64,000 nucleotides of DNA from the NCBI GenBank assembly GCA_964187785.1, contig OZ076409.1, positions 40,240,001 to 40,304,000 on the forward strand, written 5' to 3'. The notes beneath the pieces were generated by a model that worked only from the letters and a program-made list of their open reading frames with translations, ran no database searches and had not been told where the DNA came from. The translations under genes were made by a program, and so were the position numbers. The stretch comes from Amphiscolops sp. MND2022. Lineage: Eukaryota. This document shows positions 34,327 through 47,366 of this stretch, in pieces (positions within the stretch are counted from its first letter, which is position 1; the number at the start of each line of letters is the position of its first letter).

Positions 34327-35892
34327 TGTCGCAGGCGGCCGCGTGCGACGGAAACTGGTGCTCGATTTCATATAATCACTATAACACTCTCACTGGCACG
34401 ATCCCCCTAGACTGAAGAAAAAGGACTTGAAGTCTAAAAGAACAAAGATGGAACTGATGAACCTATCTTGTACCTAGCTGTAATATTTTGTAATTGTTGC
34501 TAAATTCGAAATTAATAATCGGACTTGTAGTTCAATTAGCGTTCCTTTAGTTTATGTCGATGAAATTGAATTAATATGTTGTTACTTTAATATACTCATA
34601 TACGTTAACGGTGATGCATTATTAGTAAATAGACACCAAGGCGTACAGATAAAGGAAACGTGTACAAAGGTTTCTTTGCATGTCGCTTTGGACAGCTAGT
34701 CCCGTTGAATTTAGACCAATCATATACAAGTATTCAATAACTTGCTGCGCTGTGAGTGCTTCTATTTGAAGGCCGTACTTGGCAGTCCACCTAATTAAAA
34801 TGGCCAACAACGGGTTTGAGACATCCATTTCAAATTGAAAGTGCTATATTGCTGAAATGAACGCTTAAACAAGGCCCGTATGGCTCGTTGGAAGTTGCAG
34901 TTTATAGTAGTAAATACATGAATTTGTTGCCTGAAGTACATGAAAAGGGAGAAATTGTCCTTCCCCCTTCTTTCATAAATATTCATGCAGGATACATGTA
35001 TTCAAAATGCATTCCCCTACAATGTTTGATGTCATGTCGGCGAGGACCTCAAGGCCATACAAACATTTTGCTTTGTCATATAATCTATATTTAAATATAA
35101 CGTCATGATGCTGTTTATAGAAACGTATTCAGATTACTGTTACTTTTTTTAGACCTTTTTTCTAAAAATAGCTAATGACTTACTGGTTAATGCAAGTCAT
35201 GGAAATTTAACTATAAATACCCAGGACACCTAGTCCCGAGGAGAAGAGAATATACCGGTGCACTGGATTACGGTTAATAACACAAATTACAATTTGGAAG
35301 CTGAAGATAATTATTTCTCTTCTCTTGTGAACAACCTCTTAGAGAACCTTCCACTAGAAGACAAAAAGCAAAAACTAGAAAGTCAAGGGAGATGGACATG
35401 ATGTCCGACTTTGAAAATATGGACGTTATGATAGGGAATGGAGAGTCTAACACTATTGAAAGGGAATTAGCAAGCGCAATTGAGGAATCATTAATACTTG
35501 TGGACGTAGAGTCTAATATGTTTCCAAGAAATGAATTCAGAGAGACTAGTGATGAAAATAATGTTCCTGGGCAAAATGAGCCCAGAGACTAAATGGAAAT
35601 TTTCTCAAATGAGTTTAACCTAAGGCTATCTCAAGAAATGGATTCCATGATGACCATGATGCATTCGCAATTTAACAGAGCCATAAGCTCATCCGTTTCC
35701 GATAGAGTTATCTCCGAAATAAAAAATATCATGGGTTCGATGTTTTCGTCAGGAATTAGGGACACTGAGGCCAGTTCGTCTCCAAATAGCCAGGAGAATA
35801 GGGAAAACAATCCTGGATTGAAAACTAAAATTACGAGAAAGGACTCTCTTCCGTCGTTGATCTGAGAGACACGGAGGTCTTGGGTCCTTAAA
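34327..35892 (+). mobile_element. E5: solo LTR (1566 bp) related to E2
   Basis: Starts TGTCGCAGGCGGCCGCGTGCGACGG (SQAAACDG). TSD ATGAC at 34322-34326 and 35893-35897. TATAAATA at 35212. Decayed gag N-terminus PSTRRQKAKTRKSREMDMMSDFENMDVMIG (35344-35865). Terminal ACA appears mutated to AAA. Confidence 0.88.
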
Positions 35893-37304
35893 ATGACAGC
35901 TCTCCCTCATGGACACTTGCGCTGATCGAAGATTCCGTGGCTGGTTGACGGCACTTCGACCTACAGCCCTACAGCTTTGTATTAAAGTATTTTTGAAAAG
36001 CATAATAGATCTCCATAGTTGAAACAAGAGGTTGGGAAAAATGTAAAGGTGCTACGAAATGTCTGTTTTTGGAGTTTTTTTGAAAAGATTCACGTGGCTC
36101 CCTTGATGAGTGCGATGTTTGTCAACTCAATGAAGCGTCAAAACTACCGCGTACTACTGGATTTTTTTCTCAGTTTTGTCGTGGTTCGAGTTGGGACATG
36201 ACGCAAACCACAAAGTGTACTCAGTATCTGGTGGACAAAACTTCTCAAACTGTGGTGCTTCCGGCAACGTGATTGTGAAATCCCGCTTCCCCAAACATGG
36301 GTGAAAAAAAACAAAGGTACGAAACCTTCCCAAAAAAACAAAACCTGAAATAAATGGACTATTTCACCATTGTCAACCATCTTGGTACTTTCAGTGTTGG
36401 GCGGTTCCCGACAAACAGCTTCTTCTTTCAAGTGTTCACGAATCAGCTCCTATCTTCAGAGTAAAAAAGAGTTTGTTCATGCGAATATCTAAGCTTGAGA
36501 CTAGGGACGTTGAAGTGAAAAAGATATAAAGTATCCAAAAATTTCTTCAATATATTATCTAAAATCATCAAAACATTCCGATGATTCAAGATCTGGATGC
36601 TCTAGATATAGGTTTTTCTAGAATAGTTTAGCTTAGTTCAGCTTTAATATGAGCAATTGCATCATTTTCCGCTTTCGGATCGTTTTTTTTACTTCCTTTT
36701 CAAATTGTTTGAGGCAAGCAATGCAATTTTTGTGAGAAGTTTTTCAGATTTATGCATTTTCGTAACATTCTGAGCAAAAAATGCAAATCTTGCTAGATTT
36801 TTGCAAGATTTGGTTTCAAAAATGCATTTTCTTACAAGATCTTACAAGAATTCTTTATAACAATTTTGCAAGAATTATGATTTTCGTAACTTAGGGTAGT
36901 GAACAACTTTTTGTGTCCTGCATAATCAGTGTTAAAAGTGATTGCTGAGCCGTTGAGGATTTGAACGGAAGAAGAGAAAATACAAAGTTCACAGCTGAGG
37001 ACGGGAAGTTACTATTTGGAAGTCCGGTTCTAGATCATTGGAGAGTATAGATTGAAAGTAACAGTTACACGACATATTATTATAAAAACAAAAATCGTGG
37101 AAAGATCGTTGAAGAAATTGATTCAGTCGGCGCTTTTCTTGAAAAGAGCCGACTGTAGTCATGGCTTTTCGTCAGTGTTTTTTTTGATACACCTGAAGTG
37201 ACCAAAATAGTTCCACCAAAAGTTCTAGAAAATTTTAAATCGTACCTGCTGGCCCAGGCAACTGAACCAAAAAGGGTTTTCTTTTTTTGCCGCCTGACAT
37301 GCAA

Positions 37305-37598
37305 TACTTGGCGAGACTAAAGGGTCCCCCTTTGAGTTTTTTTCGGCATTGTGCGACTTTTTTCAAAAAAAACTTCCCCAAAGGATCCCCTTTCAGTTTT
37401 TTCGGGGTTTTGCGACAGAATGGATGTTGAAAGTTCCCAAATTGTCCTCCTTTTCAGTTTTGGCATTGTGAGATTTTTTTTTCAAAATTTTCTCTCATAA
37501 AAGGGTCCCCAATTAACCAATATTTTGACATTTTGAAGTCCTTTTGCTATTTTTGAGCTTTAGATATGGCGCCGACTTGAGCTGGTCCCGGCTTGTTT
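37305..37598 (+). mobile_element. Dispersed non-autonomous repeat, possibly Helitron/Helentron-like; related copies ~39520-39963 (+), ~40813-41420 (-), ~7760-8240
   Basis: Shared ACTAAAGGGTCCCCC(T)n and TTTTTCGGCA motifs. Shared end GATAT(A/G)GCGCCGACTT..CC(C)G(G/T)CTTGTTT in T-rich context. Class assignment is inference. Confidence 0.5.
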
Positions 37599-38072
37599 AT
37601 TTTACATCAATCTTGTAAATATGCAGCATTTCGTTTTTAGGATTGCCATCGTGATATCGACATCTTTTTTCATATCAGCGGCTGACTTATCCGTTTCATC
37701 GCTTTCGTATCTGTCTTAAATAAACAAAACAAGGGTTTGTAAAAGTAGATACCTATAAGCCGCGACCAGAAATAATTAAATAATTTAGATGAAATTAGAA
37801 TGTAGATTCTCATTCAAGGCTCACCAGTGTGAGGACACCAAATCAGTTACAAGAACAATTTAGCATGTTTTAATAATCCTAATCATCATGTAATTTCTCT
37901 GAATTCGCGATTTGCACTTTAATAATCGTAACTGTATGAGAAACAAATTCAATGTCGAATTTTTATCAAAGCACAATACTGTTCAAAAACAAAATCGCCA
38001 TTGCTGCTCAAAATTGCAAATCAAGCTTAGGTAAATGCACATATTTCAGCATTACAGGGGTATTTAAGCCAA

Positions 38073-38172
38073 CCCAGTGTAAAATATCTTGAAACTCTCG
38101 TCCAGAATCTTACATATTGCTGAAACCCTTGATAAGGATCATGGCAAAAGTTGCAAGAGATTTTTCACTGGG
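38073..38172. mobile_element. 100-bp MITE with CCCAGTG termini and 2-bp flanking duplication AA
   Basis: Left CCCAGTGTAAAATATCTTGAAACT versus reverse complement of right end CCCAGTGAAAAATCTCTTGCAACT (21/24). Confidence 0.75.
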
Positions 38173-40714
38173 AAAAGATATGCAAGAAGAGCATATCAAT
38201 ACTTTGAATAAGCTGGATTTTGAATAATTGAAGGTCGTTACCTCTTCTTTCGTGACATGAGTTGCTTTTTTTCGATTAGCGGGCATCAGTATAAATTAAT
38301 ATTGTTGCTCTCCGGGTCCAAGTTTTTGTTTTTAGTTTACAAAGGCATTTTCAGTTGTAAGCCAGGGTAAACATTCCGTAGATATCTTGCCAACAGGCAT
38401 GTTTTCACGAAAAATCCTGCTAAGAACGCCAAGTGGCAAGAAAGCACTTGCTAAAATCTGCATAATCACGAAAGAAAGGATTGCAAAATTGGTACTTTTT
38501 TAAATGGAAACAATTTCAATTGACAACAATTTTTTGCAAATTACGTCAGACAGAACTAAAAATTTGGCTATCAAAATTTTGCCAGCATGTCTCTGTGGAG
38601 AAAATGACATTACATCATTTACAACGCAACACAAGTTCAGAAAAAAAATTGGTCTAATTAAGTAACTAGAAACTCAAATCCAGCAACTTTTTTGAGCACA
38701 CTGAAATACCTATCAGCTCAAAACATATATTTTTGTAATACACTGGTTACAGTTTGGAAAATTTAAGTTGCTCAAAATTTTCTTCTCACGTTCAAGAGCT
38801 GGGCTGACTAATTGTTTAATCACATGACATTTCGATAAACTTAATCAAAACTACAAGAATTGGCAACTAAGAAGTTCCAGTAACACAACCAAAAAAGAGT
38901 GTAATCTATTTACAATTTGGTCCAAAATCCATTCTGTGACAGAGATGCTTGAGAGAAGTCTCACTTGTAACGCCTCGAAAAAGGGGCATGATATACAGGT
39001 GGGAAAATGCTTAGATTACGTAGACAGGAGACCTTAATCCTACAGAAACCTAAACAATCGTTTTCAACCTGAAGAAATGGTTTCCTGTGGGACTTTTAAT
39101 GTGTCGACGAGGCTCCTCAGTTTAGAGCTCCGTGACGACATGCCGGCTCACTCCAAGTCCGGGCTCGTCCCATAAACACGCCAAGACGAATCCTAGGGCT
39201 CCTGTGCGTTCATATATACCTCCGATCTCTGAAAATGACATTAGACAAAATTAAAAATGCATCAAATTGTATGGAATTGTGAAAATCACAGATGTGCATC
39301 ATCATGTTTTAAAAATACCTGGAAATACTACAATAATACAGTCTTTCACCGTCTTCATTGCGATTTAGACTCTTACAGTGACATTTTTTTCTCCAGACCA
39401 GAGACTTCACACTGAAACGTCCATTTTTCACAAAAACTACTAAAACTACGAGTCCGTCTAGCGGAAACTTAGTGCAAAGGGTCCCCTTTCAAGTTTTACT
39501 TTTCAAACGTAACATACAAAACCAGACGAAACTAAAGGGTCCCCCTTTAAATTTTTTTCAGCGTAGTGAGACTTTTTTCGAAAATGTTTCTGTTTCTAAA
39601 CGGTCCGCCGTTCATTTTTGAAAAAAATTTTTGCATAAGAGTGGATGTTAACAAATCCTAAAGAAACCCCTTTTGAATTTTTCAACACTATGAGACTGTT
39701 CAAAATTCTCATTTTTCGTCCTAAATTAGTTTTTCTCAATATATATCTATAAATATATATTTTTTCAGTAGTCGCAGAGATTTTGACGTTATATCTAGAG
39801 TAAAGCACCATATCCGAAGTTTTGACGTCATATCCAAACAATATTGCATTTTACAAAGGAGGGGCGGAGGTTCGAACACAAGAGTTTTACATAAAAACGT
39901 TATAAAAACTGCGCATTTTGAGCCTTGGATATAGCGCCGACTTTAGACGTTCCCGTCTTGTTTCAGCAAACACAGGGCCGCAGTGAGAGCAGGATCTGCG
40001 GATTAATCCTCATACGCCGTATTACAGGATCTTCTAAGTAAAATCGTGCAATATCATTTTTACCATCTTTGAATGTATTTGGATTTATTCGGGGTTCTAT
40101 AGGGTGGTTTGGGTTTGGTGTTCTGTATTTTTCACATTTTTACGTTTTCTGTACTGATTCCGGATAGCTGCCAAGTTGCAAGAACACGCTGGAGAACTTA
40201 TTCTACGTGGTCAGTTTTTAACGAGTTTTCTGTCTCCAAGCCAGCTGACGTTACAACTAGAGCAAAAAATGAAAAGTCAAACTACCATAGATTTAACCAA
40301 TGAACTTGATAATATTTAATTCGTTCACTGAGGACTTTTGCGTGAATAAATACCTCTGGCACGCTAAAAGGGGGACATATGTGGATTTTTAACATCCATT
40401 CTGTTGCAAAGTATCCAAAAAGTGAAAGGGGCCATTTCGAGACATTAAAATTTTCAAGGAAAAAAGTCTCACAATGTCGAAAGAAATTCGAAATGGGGAC
40501 CCTTTTGTCTCGCCCGGTATTGTATGTTACGCTGAGAAAAGGAACAACATGTATAGTTCAGTTCCTTGAGCCAAATTTGACAGCATAAAACTTCGTAGAT
40601 CTTTGTAGAACAATTTTGGTCAGTTCGTCTGGATTGCAAAAAAGAGTCACTAGTATTATAGTTGCGTTTCACTTCATGAAGCGCCGACTAAAAACAGTTG
40701 ATTACGATATTGAT

Positions 40715-40766
40715 TGCGACATAGGTGCGACATAGGTGCGACATAGTTGCGACGTAGTTGCGACAT
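40715..40766. repeat. 11-bp minisatellite TGCGACATAG(G/T) x ~4.7
   Basis: Direct inspection. Confidence 0.9.
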
Positions 40767-41827
40767 TTCTACAGTGTAGTGTATCGAGCTCGATTATTGT
40801 TTTCTAAAGTATAACAAGCGGGGAACGGCCCAAGTCGGTGTCATATCTAAGGTTTAATAGTATTCGAGGAAAAACTCCACCTATTGTGAAGTTTTTCATT
40901 CATCACACAATACCGAAAAATCCCGAAAGGGTTTTCCGCGAAACTCGAAAACAGTTTTTTTCTGCTCCGGAGACATCAGAAAAAACTGAGTTGCCATTGA
41001 CAAAAATTTAAATTTTTCAAAAACAGTATCTGATAAAAAAGTCGCATGATGCCGAAAAACCCAAAAAAGACCCTTTAGGCTCATTAAACGTTTTTTTACA
41101 AACCGACAATTTCAAAAAAATTCAACCCTTCGACAGAATTCAAAACTTTTCGGAAGAAAAGTCGCTTAGTGCCGAAAAAAACCAAAGGGGACCCTTTGGT
41201 CTACCCTCTACTTTTGGAAACATTAAAAAACTTGTGGTTCAGTGCGAGACTCCAACTCACGCTTTCCTGCTTCTGAAAGTCTGAAAATTAGTTGGCGCGA
41301 AGGAGTTGACTTTTTTGTTCATTTGTTCAATGAACAGAAAAAGTGGACCGATCGCGTTGAACTGGCGAAAAAACTAGCCACTGTAAGAGTCGTGCATTTT
41401 TTTCGAAAACGCCGACTAAAAAGGCAATTGCATCTGATTAAAATTGCATCCGATTAACGAAATTGAGAACATTTTTTCTGTGTGCCCTCAACATCAACAG
41501 TAGCCAAAATAGTAGAACAAAAAGACTAAAAATCTAACCAACAAACTTCAATTCTAAATTTACTTTCAAGATGACCATTTAGGATTCAGATGTGAACTTT
41601 GCTCACACTATCTTCTTACGAAGTCATGCAATCTTGATGACGAAATCAACAAGGCCAATTTTTGAATTATACAAAAACATAGTTTTCAACGTAATTACTG
41701 TGGAACTGCGTGGAACAGAAAATCTTTTCCAGAAGTTAACATTGTTATGGAAAAATTTCACTTTTGTTTAGGCCAGTTTCAAAATGGTTTTCGTGTCAAT
41801 TAGAAGTGATGTCGCTGAAATTCGGTA

Positions 41828-43162
41828 CCCAGTGACACGAATCTTGGCACGCTTGCCAAGATGCATGGGTATGCTTGCCAAGATCTTGGCAAGATCTTGC
41901 CAAGATCTTACCAAGGCTACCATGATCATGCAAGATCATGGCAAGGCTGACCATGCGTCTTACCAAGCGTACCAAGATTTTCCATGTATCTTACCAAGCT
42001 TTTCCATGTGTCTTGCCAAGCATACCAAGATTTTTCTATCCATCTTGCCAATCCAACCAGGATTTTTTCATGTATTTTGCAAAGCATTCCAAGATTTTCG
42101 TTGTAACTTGCAAAGCTTAATACGTTCTACGTGTGTTTTTGAGCCATTTGAGATTTTATATTGAATATTTTCGAAAACTGGAATAACCAAAATTTAATTG
42201 TTTCAATTTTCAAATATTATAACAGTAAGTATTGTAGTTGCAGCACCAAAGAAAATTGGAAAATCATGCGAAAGTTTGACAAATGGAGTTTGTTTCTTCC
42301 ACGGACAGCAACACAATTTGCAAAACTTCGAAAGCTGGAGATATATTATCCATTAAACAAAGAATGAGTTCTGATGGCAGTATTCTTGATCTGAGCAGTT
42401 CAAGCACTACAGGGGACGATGCTGAAGTTGTCGCATGTACCTGGAAACATTTCAAAACATGAATTGTGAAGAACTACATAAAAAAATGCGATACTCGAAA
42501 AGAGTAGTTGTTGATCTGGAAAAAGCTTGAATGTTCCGCTCTAGCGTTGCGAAGTACATTTTTCTCAAGTTAGGAACACATTTTCCAAATTTTCTACGAA
42601 GTGGAGAAGCAAATCATTCGAAATGAAAAGAAAGCAAAAGAGAACAATGAAAAACTTGCAAACGAAAAAAATCGAACTAGTCAAAGGTTTCAAAGACTCA
42701 TTTTTAGCACTGCCAGGCCTACGGGTTCCATTGGGCAGGAACACAATTTACAAAAAAAACATCTTCAAAAACAGGAGAGAAACTTACCATCCAACAAATA
42801 ATGAGTACTGCTGAAAGGCGCTGAGATCCGGGAATTCCAATCACCACAGGCGACGAGGCTGCATAAGTTGTTCCGTCTCCCTGGTCATGTAATGACAATT
42901 AGATTGGGTTAAACAAGTTTTTTTCAGTTTTTCTGAAGAAGAGATCTTCATATCATTTGCTTGCCAAGATCTTGATAAGATCTTGCCATGATCTTGGCAA
43001 GCATTTCCACATGGAACGCTTGTCAAGATCTTGCCAAGATCTTGCCAAGATCTTACCAAGCGTAGCATGCATCATGTTTTTCCATGCGTCTTGGTAAGCC
43101 TACCATGCGTTTCCATGTTTTTCCAAGATCTTGGCAAGGCTACCAAGATTCGTGTCACTGGG
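41828..43162. mobile_element. 1335-bp non-autonomous TIR DNA transposon
   Basis: Perfect 20-bp TIR CCCAGTGACACGAATCTTGG, flanked by TA on both sides. ~250-bp subterminal arrays of (C)CAAGATCTTG at each end. No intact transposase. Confidence 0.9.
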
Positions 43163-44185
43163 TATTCATTTAATGAGCACTTTTTTATCAAGTGGCAAAA
43201 TCGGCCAGAAAGGATTTTTCAGAGCTGGTTTCAATGAACCTGAGTTCGTTTGGATTGTTGCTTCTTGAGAAAAGGTGATAGATTAATCTCAAATATTGGA
43301 TATTCCATCATCATCATCTTTTTACAGGACTCAAAACACTGAAAACACCAAAAATAGAGATCTGGATTTATTATCGAATAACATGCCATAAAAATATCCT
43401 AAAAATAACCAGTATTTTCATTTTGGTTTCAGTGTGAGTTATTTGTTGGAATGGCCTTTTCAGTGAAGTAATGTTTTTGATACACACAAGGATGCTTTGG
43501 TACACACTGAAAATCAGCTAAAACATTGGATATGTTTGAATAGTCTCAAGAAAACTTTACTCTTTCATCAAATTCCGGTTGCTCTGCTCGAAATGAAAAG
43601 CATACTTGATAACATAGGAATCCTAATCCAAAATTTAGTGTGTTCAAAAAGCGCCGTTTGAGACAAACAAGAGCCGGTATTGTTTCAAGTCAATTGTTGC
43701 TGTAAACTTTTGTGTCTGTAGTGTAGGGAAGCGTTCGCACTGTCGTCACAGATTTTCGATTTTTGCAAAGCTTTCACAATTTACAATGGCTTATTTGTCT
43801 CTGTTCATTTTACCTAATTCATTTCCCAACTTTCATTTTAAAACTTATTTTTTAAAACGAGAAAGCACTTGATTATTCATCATCATCGTCATCAAAACAA
43901 GCAAAACTAGCTTCTTCAATAACAAAATAAAGTAATCAAAAATACATCAAGTTTGTGGACAGTTTAACACTATATTTATTTCTCAAATTATATTCTTTCG
44001 AATAGCTTTTGTATCGTGAAAGACAACCGACTTAGCTCGTATACAACACTTCTGGCAAAATTTGTATTTTTCCTTCTTCTAGAAAAAGAAAAACACTGAG
44101 TTTGTTTGATTTTTTTTAAACTTTACTCACCTACAAATTCTGTCAATACTTAAATTGCTTTTGGGTGGAATTTGAAGATGGTAGG

Positions 44186-46092
44186 TGTCACAGCCCCGCC
44201 TGAGCTGCGAGCACTGCAACAAACACAACCCAGTCTTCGAAGAATAAATTGGGAAAAGAACAAAGAAGAGGAAATAGACAGCTGACAAACAATCAGAAAC
44301 AAAGGAGTTAAACAATATAAACTTGAAGTTAAATAAATAAATATTTGCATATTAGTATTATTATCACAATAATGTACACTTATATAAATACGTACTTACG
44401 GAATAACGGAGCTATTCGTGCAGTTAATAATAATACAATACTATGTAATAATAATAATCGAATTGCACCGCTCAGTGCACGAACTGAGAAATTAAAGGCG
44501 GAACTGAGGCCTGGCAGCCGGCCTCAAATACTCGCACTAAAGCGGCGGCCTGGCAGGCAGCCTGAGAATTGTAAACTCAGCAAACTGATATGCAAGTGCG
44601 CGCTATAGTGAATACATGTAAATGAACTAATGTCTAGTGCAGTGATTTATTAACAATACGAGTGCAAATATACCAACAATTGAGATTTCTGTGCTAACTT
44701 AAAAGAACATCACGTACCGCGGCCTGAGATGCGGCCTGAGAATTACATACGATAAATCAATCACGAAAGTGAAAGATGATGATGCTACCGTGTAACTTTG
44801 TCTCGAAACGAATCTAGAGATTTTTATCTATGATCTTAAACTATTTTGTCGTTTAAAATATCGCATATAACGTTCTTTTACATGTAAATATTGATTGATC
44901 TATAAACAGGCCTGAACCGCAGCCTGGACCAAAGATTTAGTACCGAATATCAAACCAAGTGTTAATAACATGTATATCCTGTTCCCTGAATCCGTTGTCG
45001 TTTAATTGCATTAAATACCTTTCTGAACAATGTATCTGATGCTGTTTATAATTAATAGTTGCTTTACTCATTGAACAAGTTTGTCCGTCCCAGACTATGG
45101 CCTGGGACCAGGCTTCGTGATCTTAACCAAAAATCAGAGCCGTAAATACTGTAGAAGCAATTCTACTCTTTCATTTAAAACCTAATGTGTGATTTGTGTT
45201 AAATTTCATTCAAATTGTTGCTGATTTATTTAATTTAGGGAAATATTTGTAAAGGAAAATTGGTTGTCATCATTTTTTTCCAAATTTGTGCAGTTAATCA
45301 ATCTTATTCAATGACTCATTGCGCGTGTCTTTGATAATTTTTTCAGTTCGGCGTCCTGAAGAGGCGGGAAGATGGAGGCGAAGGGAAGCGGAGTCGCAAC
45401 TCAGGCCGGAAGTGGATGCGTGCTTTCTTCGGAAAGCATGAACAAGCCGAAAGCCTGAGTTCGACAAAGCGGAACTGAACTTCCTGTTTCCCTGCCTCGG
45501 ACGGACGCCGGACTGAACAAAATGTGAAGTATGTTCGTGTCTTTTCCCCGCTTTCCGGGATGGAAAGTATAAATACAATGGGAGCTAAAAGCCATTTTAG
45601 TTGAATTTTGTTATTTTTGCGAAACAATTATTTCCGTTTAACGATAATTAAAAATCTTGAAACATCACGCTTTGTCACTTGAGAACTTGCTCTAATTTCC
45701 TTAAAAAGAAAATTGAGAATCATCAAGCCTGAGTAAGATGCCAGAACGTAGCTCCAGAAGAAAAGCCAGAAGGGATTCCCCTGTGAACTCCTTAGACGAA
45801 CCTGAATCTTCTAGCATGAGGACTGAAAACGCTCCTAGTCTATCTGATAAAGATTTTACGGAATTATCTGAAAAGATAGAAAAGTCTGTAAGTAAAAGAA
45901 TCAAAGACGCAGAGGTCGGACAGCGCGAGATTCTGAAGATGATAGAGAACCTGACCTCTAAAATTGATACACTGGCAGAAAGACCGCCTAACAACATGCG
46001 TCATGACCCCGACGACGAGGGCGCGGGAAACACGGATTACTGATTTAGAACAGTTGAACCAAGTGATTTACTCCCGAATCACGGTCAACACA
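44186..46092 (+). repeat. E3 LTR1 (1907 bp)
   Basis: TGTCACAG..CAACACA; matches 61200-63107. TATAAATA at 45568-45575; gag ATG at 45738. Confidence 0.95.
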
Positions 46093-47366
46093 TGGTGACA
46101 GGAGTTACTACAACCCAGGACATACCCACCCGATCATCAAGTCTACCCCCGCCCAACATGAGATATCCAGACGATATCGTGGACAAATTGCTCGAATCCC
46201 TGAAGAATGCCACACAACAGAGCGCGGGACTGCCCAGACTCCCGAAGGCACTCTCAACAACCATGCCCACATTTGATGGCCGCAATGACAAACTCGAGCA
46301 CTTCGAGGACCTGTTTATGACGAGCCTCAAAGTATATCCAAATATCTCATAGGAAGAGCCAATTCACTACTTCTACTCCCTCCTGAGAGGCGATGCCCTA
46401 CAGACGTATCGCAATATGACAGACGCAAACCGCGCCAGTTTAGACGACATCATTACCACATTCCGAAGACGATACGTTCGCCCACAATCTATAGCCACCG
46501 CAAGATGTAAGTGGGAACAGCTTTACTTCGACCCGCCGGACGTATCGCAATATGACAGACGCAAACCGCGCCAGTTTAGACGACATCATTACCACATTCC
46601 GAAGACGATACGTTCGCCCACAATCTATAGCCACCGCAAGATGTAAGTGGGAACAGCTTTACTTCGACCCGTCGGCGACTCGACAAACCTTCCAAGACTT
46701 CCTGGAGCAATACCAGAAATTGGCACAGGAGGCATATGGCGACGACGCCCCAAAGTTCATAGAAACCTCATTCTATGCAAAAATGCCAGCGCACTTAAAA
46801 CGAGTCCTTGACCAGGCAAGACTAGAAACAGAGTCGTACGACCTGATGGTCCAACACCTGGAGCGTGAAATGGAGTTGAACGGACTCCTGGCCCCAAGCG
46901 AAACCAACATAACAGGAGTACACCAATCGATGTACAAGATGCCCCACAACAAACCGCCAATCCACCCAAACCAGCAGGCCCGTGTTTTGGATGTGGCAAC
47001 TCAGGCCATGTAATAAAGAACTGCCGGAAAACTGCTCGAGAAGCCCGCAACCGAGGCAATAGGGCACCGACTAAAATAACAAACCCATGTGATACCTGCG
47101 GCAAAAAGAGCCATACGACACAGGAATGTTATTCTGGCGCCAACTGGGCAAACAGACCCCAATGGTGGAAGACCCCTAAAGCAACTTCACCGAATAACAT
47201 CCCGCTGCCACAGAATACACAATGTCAGTACCCCCCAGACAACACACCAGTACATCAACAGCCATATAACAACCAAACAAATAGCCAAACGGGCTACCAA
47301 CCCATGCTCCCGCAGACCACTCAACCTCAAAACCAAACCCAGGAGCTCAGCCAATCAAAAAACTAA
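45738..47366 (+). pseudogene. gag: E3 gag, starting in the LTR; in-frame stops, 136-bp tandem duplication (46403-46674), frameshifts
   Basis: MPERSSRRKARR start; MVTG at the PBS; PTFDGRNDKLEHFEDLF; knuckles CFGCGNSGHVIKNC and CDTCGKKSHTTQEC; ends QSKN*. Confidence 0.9.

Noticed and set aside
35893..35898. E5 ending at TGACA (35898)
   Set aside because: Ending at 35892 gives a perfect ATGAC TSD; the longer end gives none.
39060..39230. GC-richer stretch after a minus-strand TTTTCAG acceptor, a possible host exon
   Set aside because: All three frames contain stops before a good donor; coding status is unsupported.
41860..42100. CRISPR-like array (also 40715-40766 and 63592-63730)
   Set aside because: No unique spacers of regular length and no cas genes; these are subterminal or minisatellite repeats in eukaryotic-type DNA.
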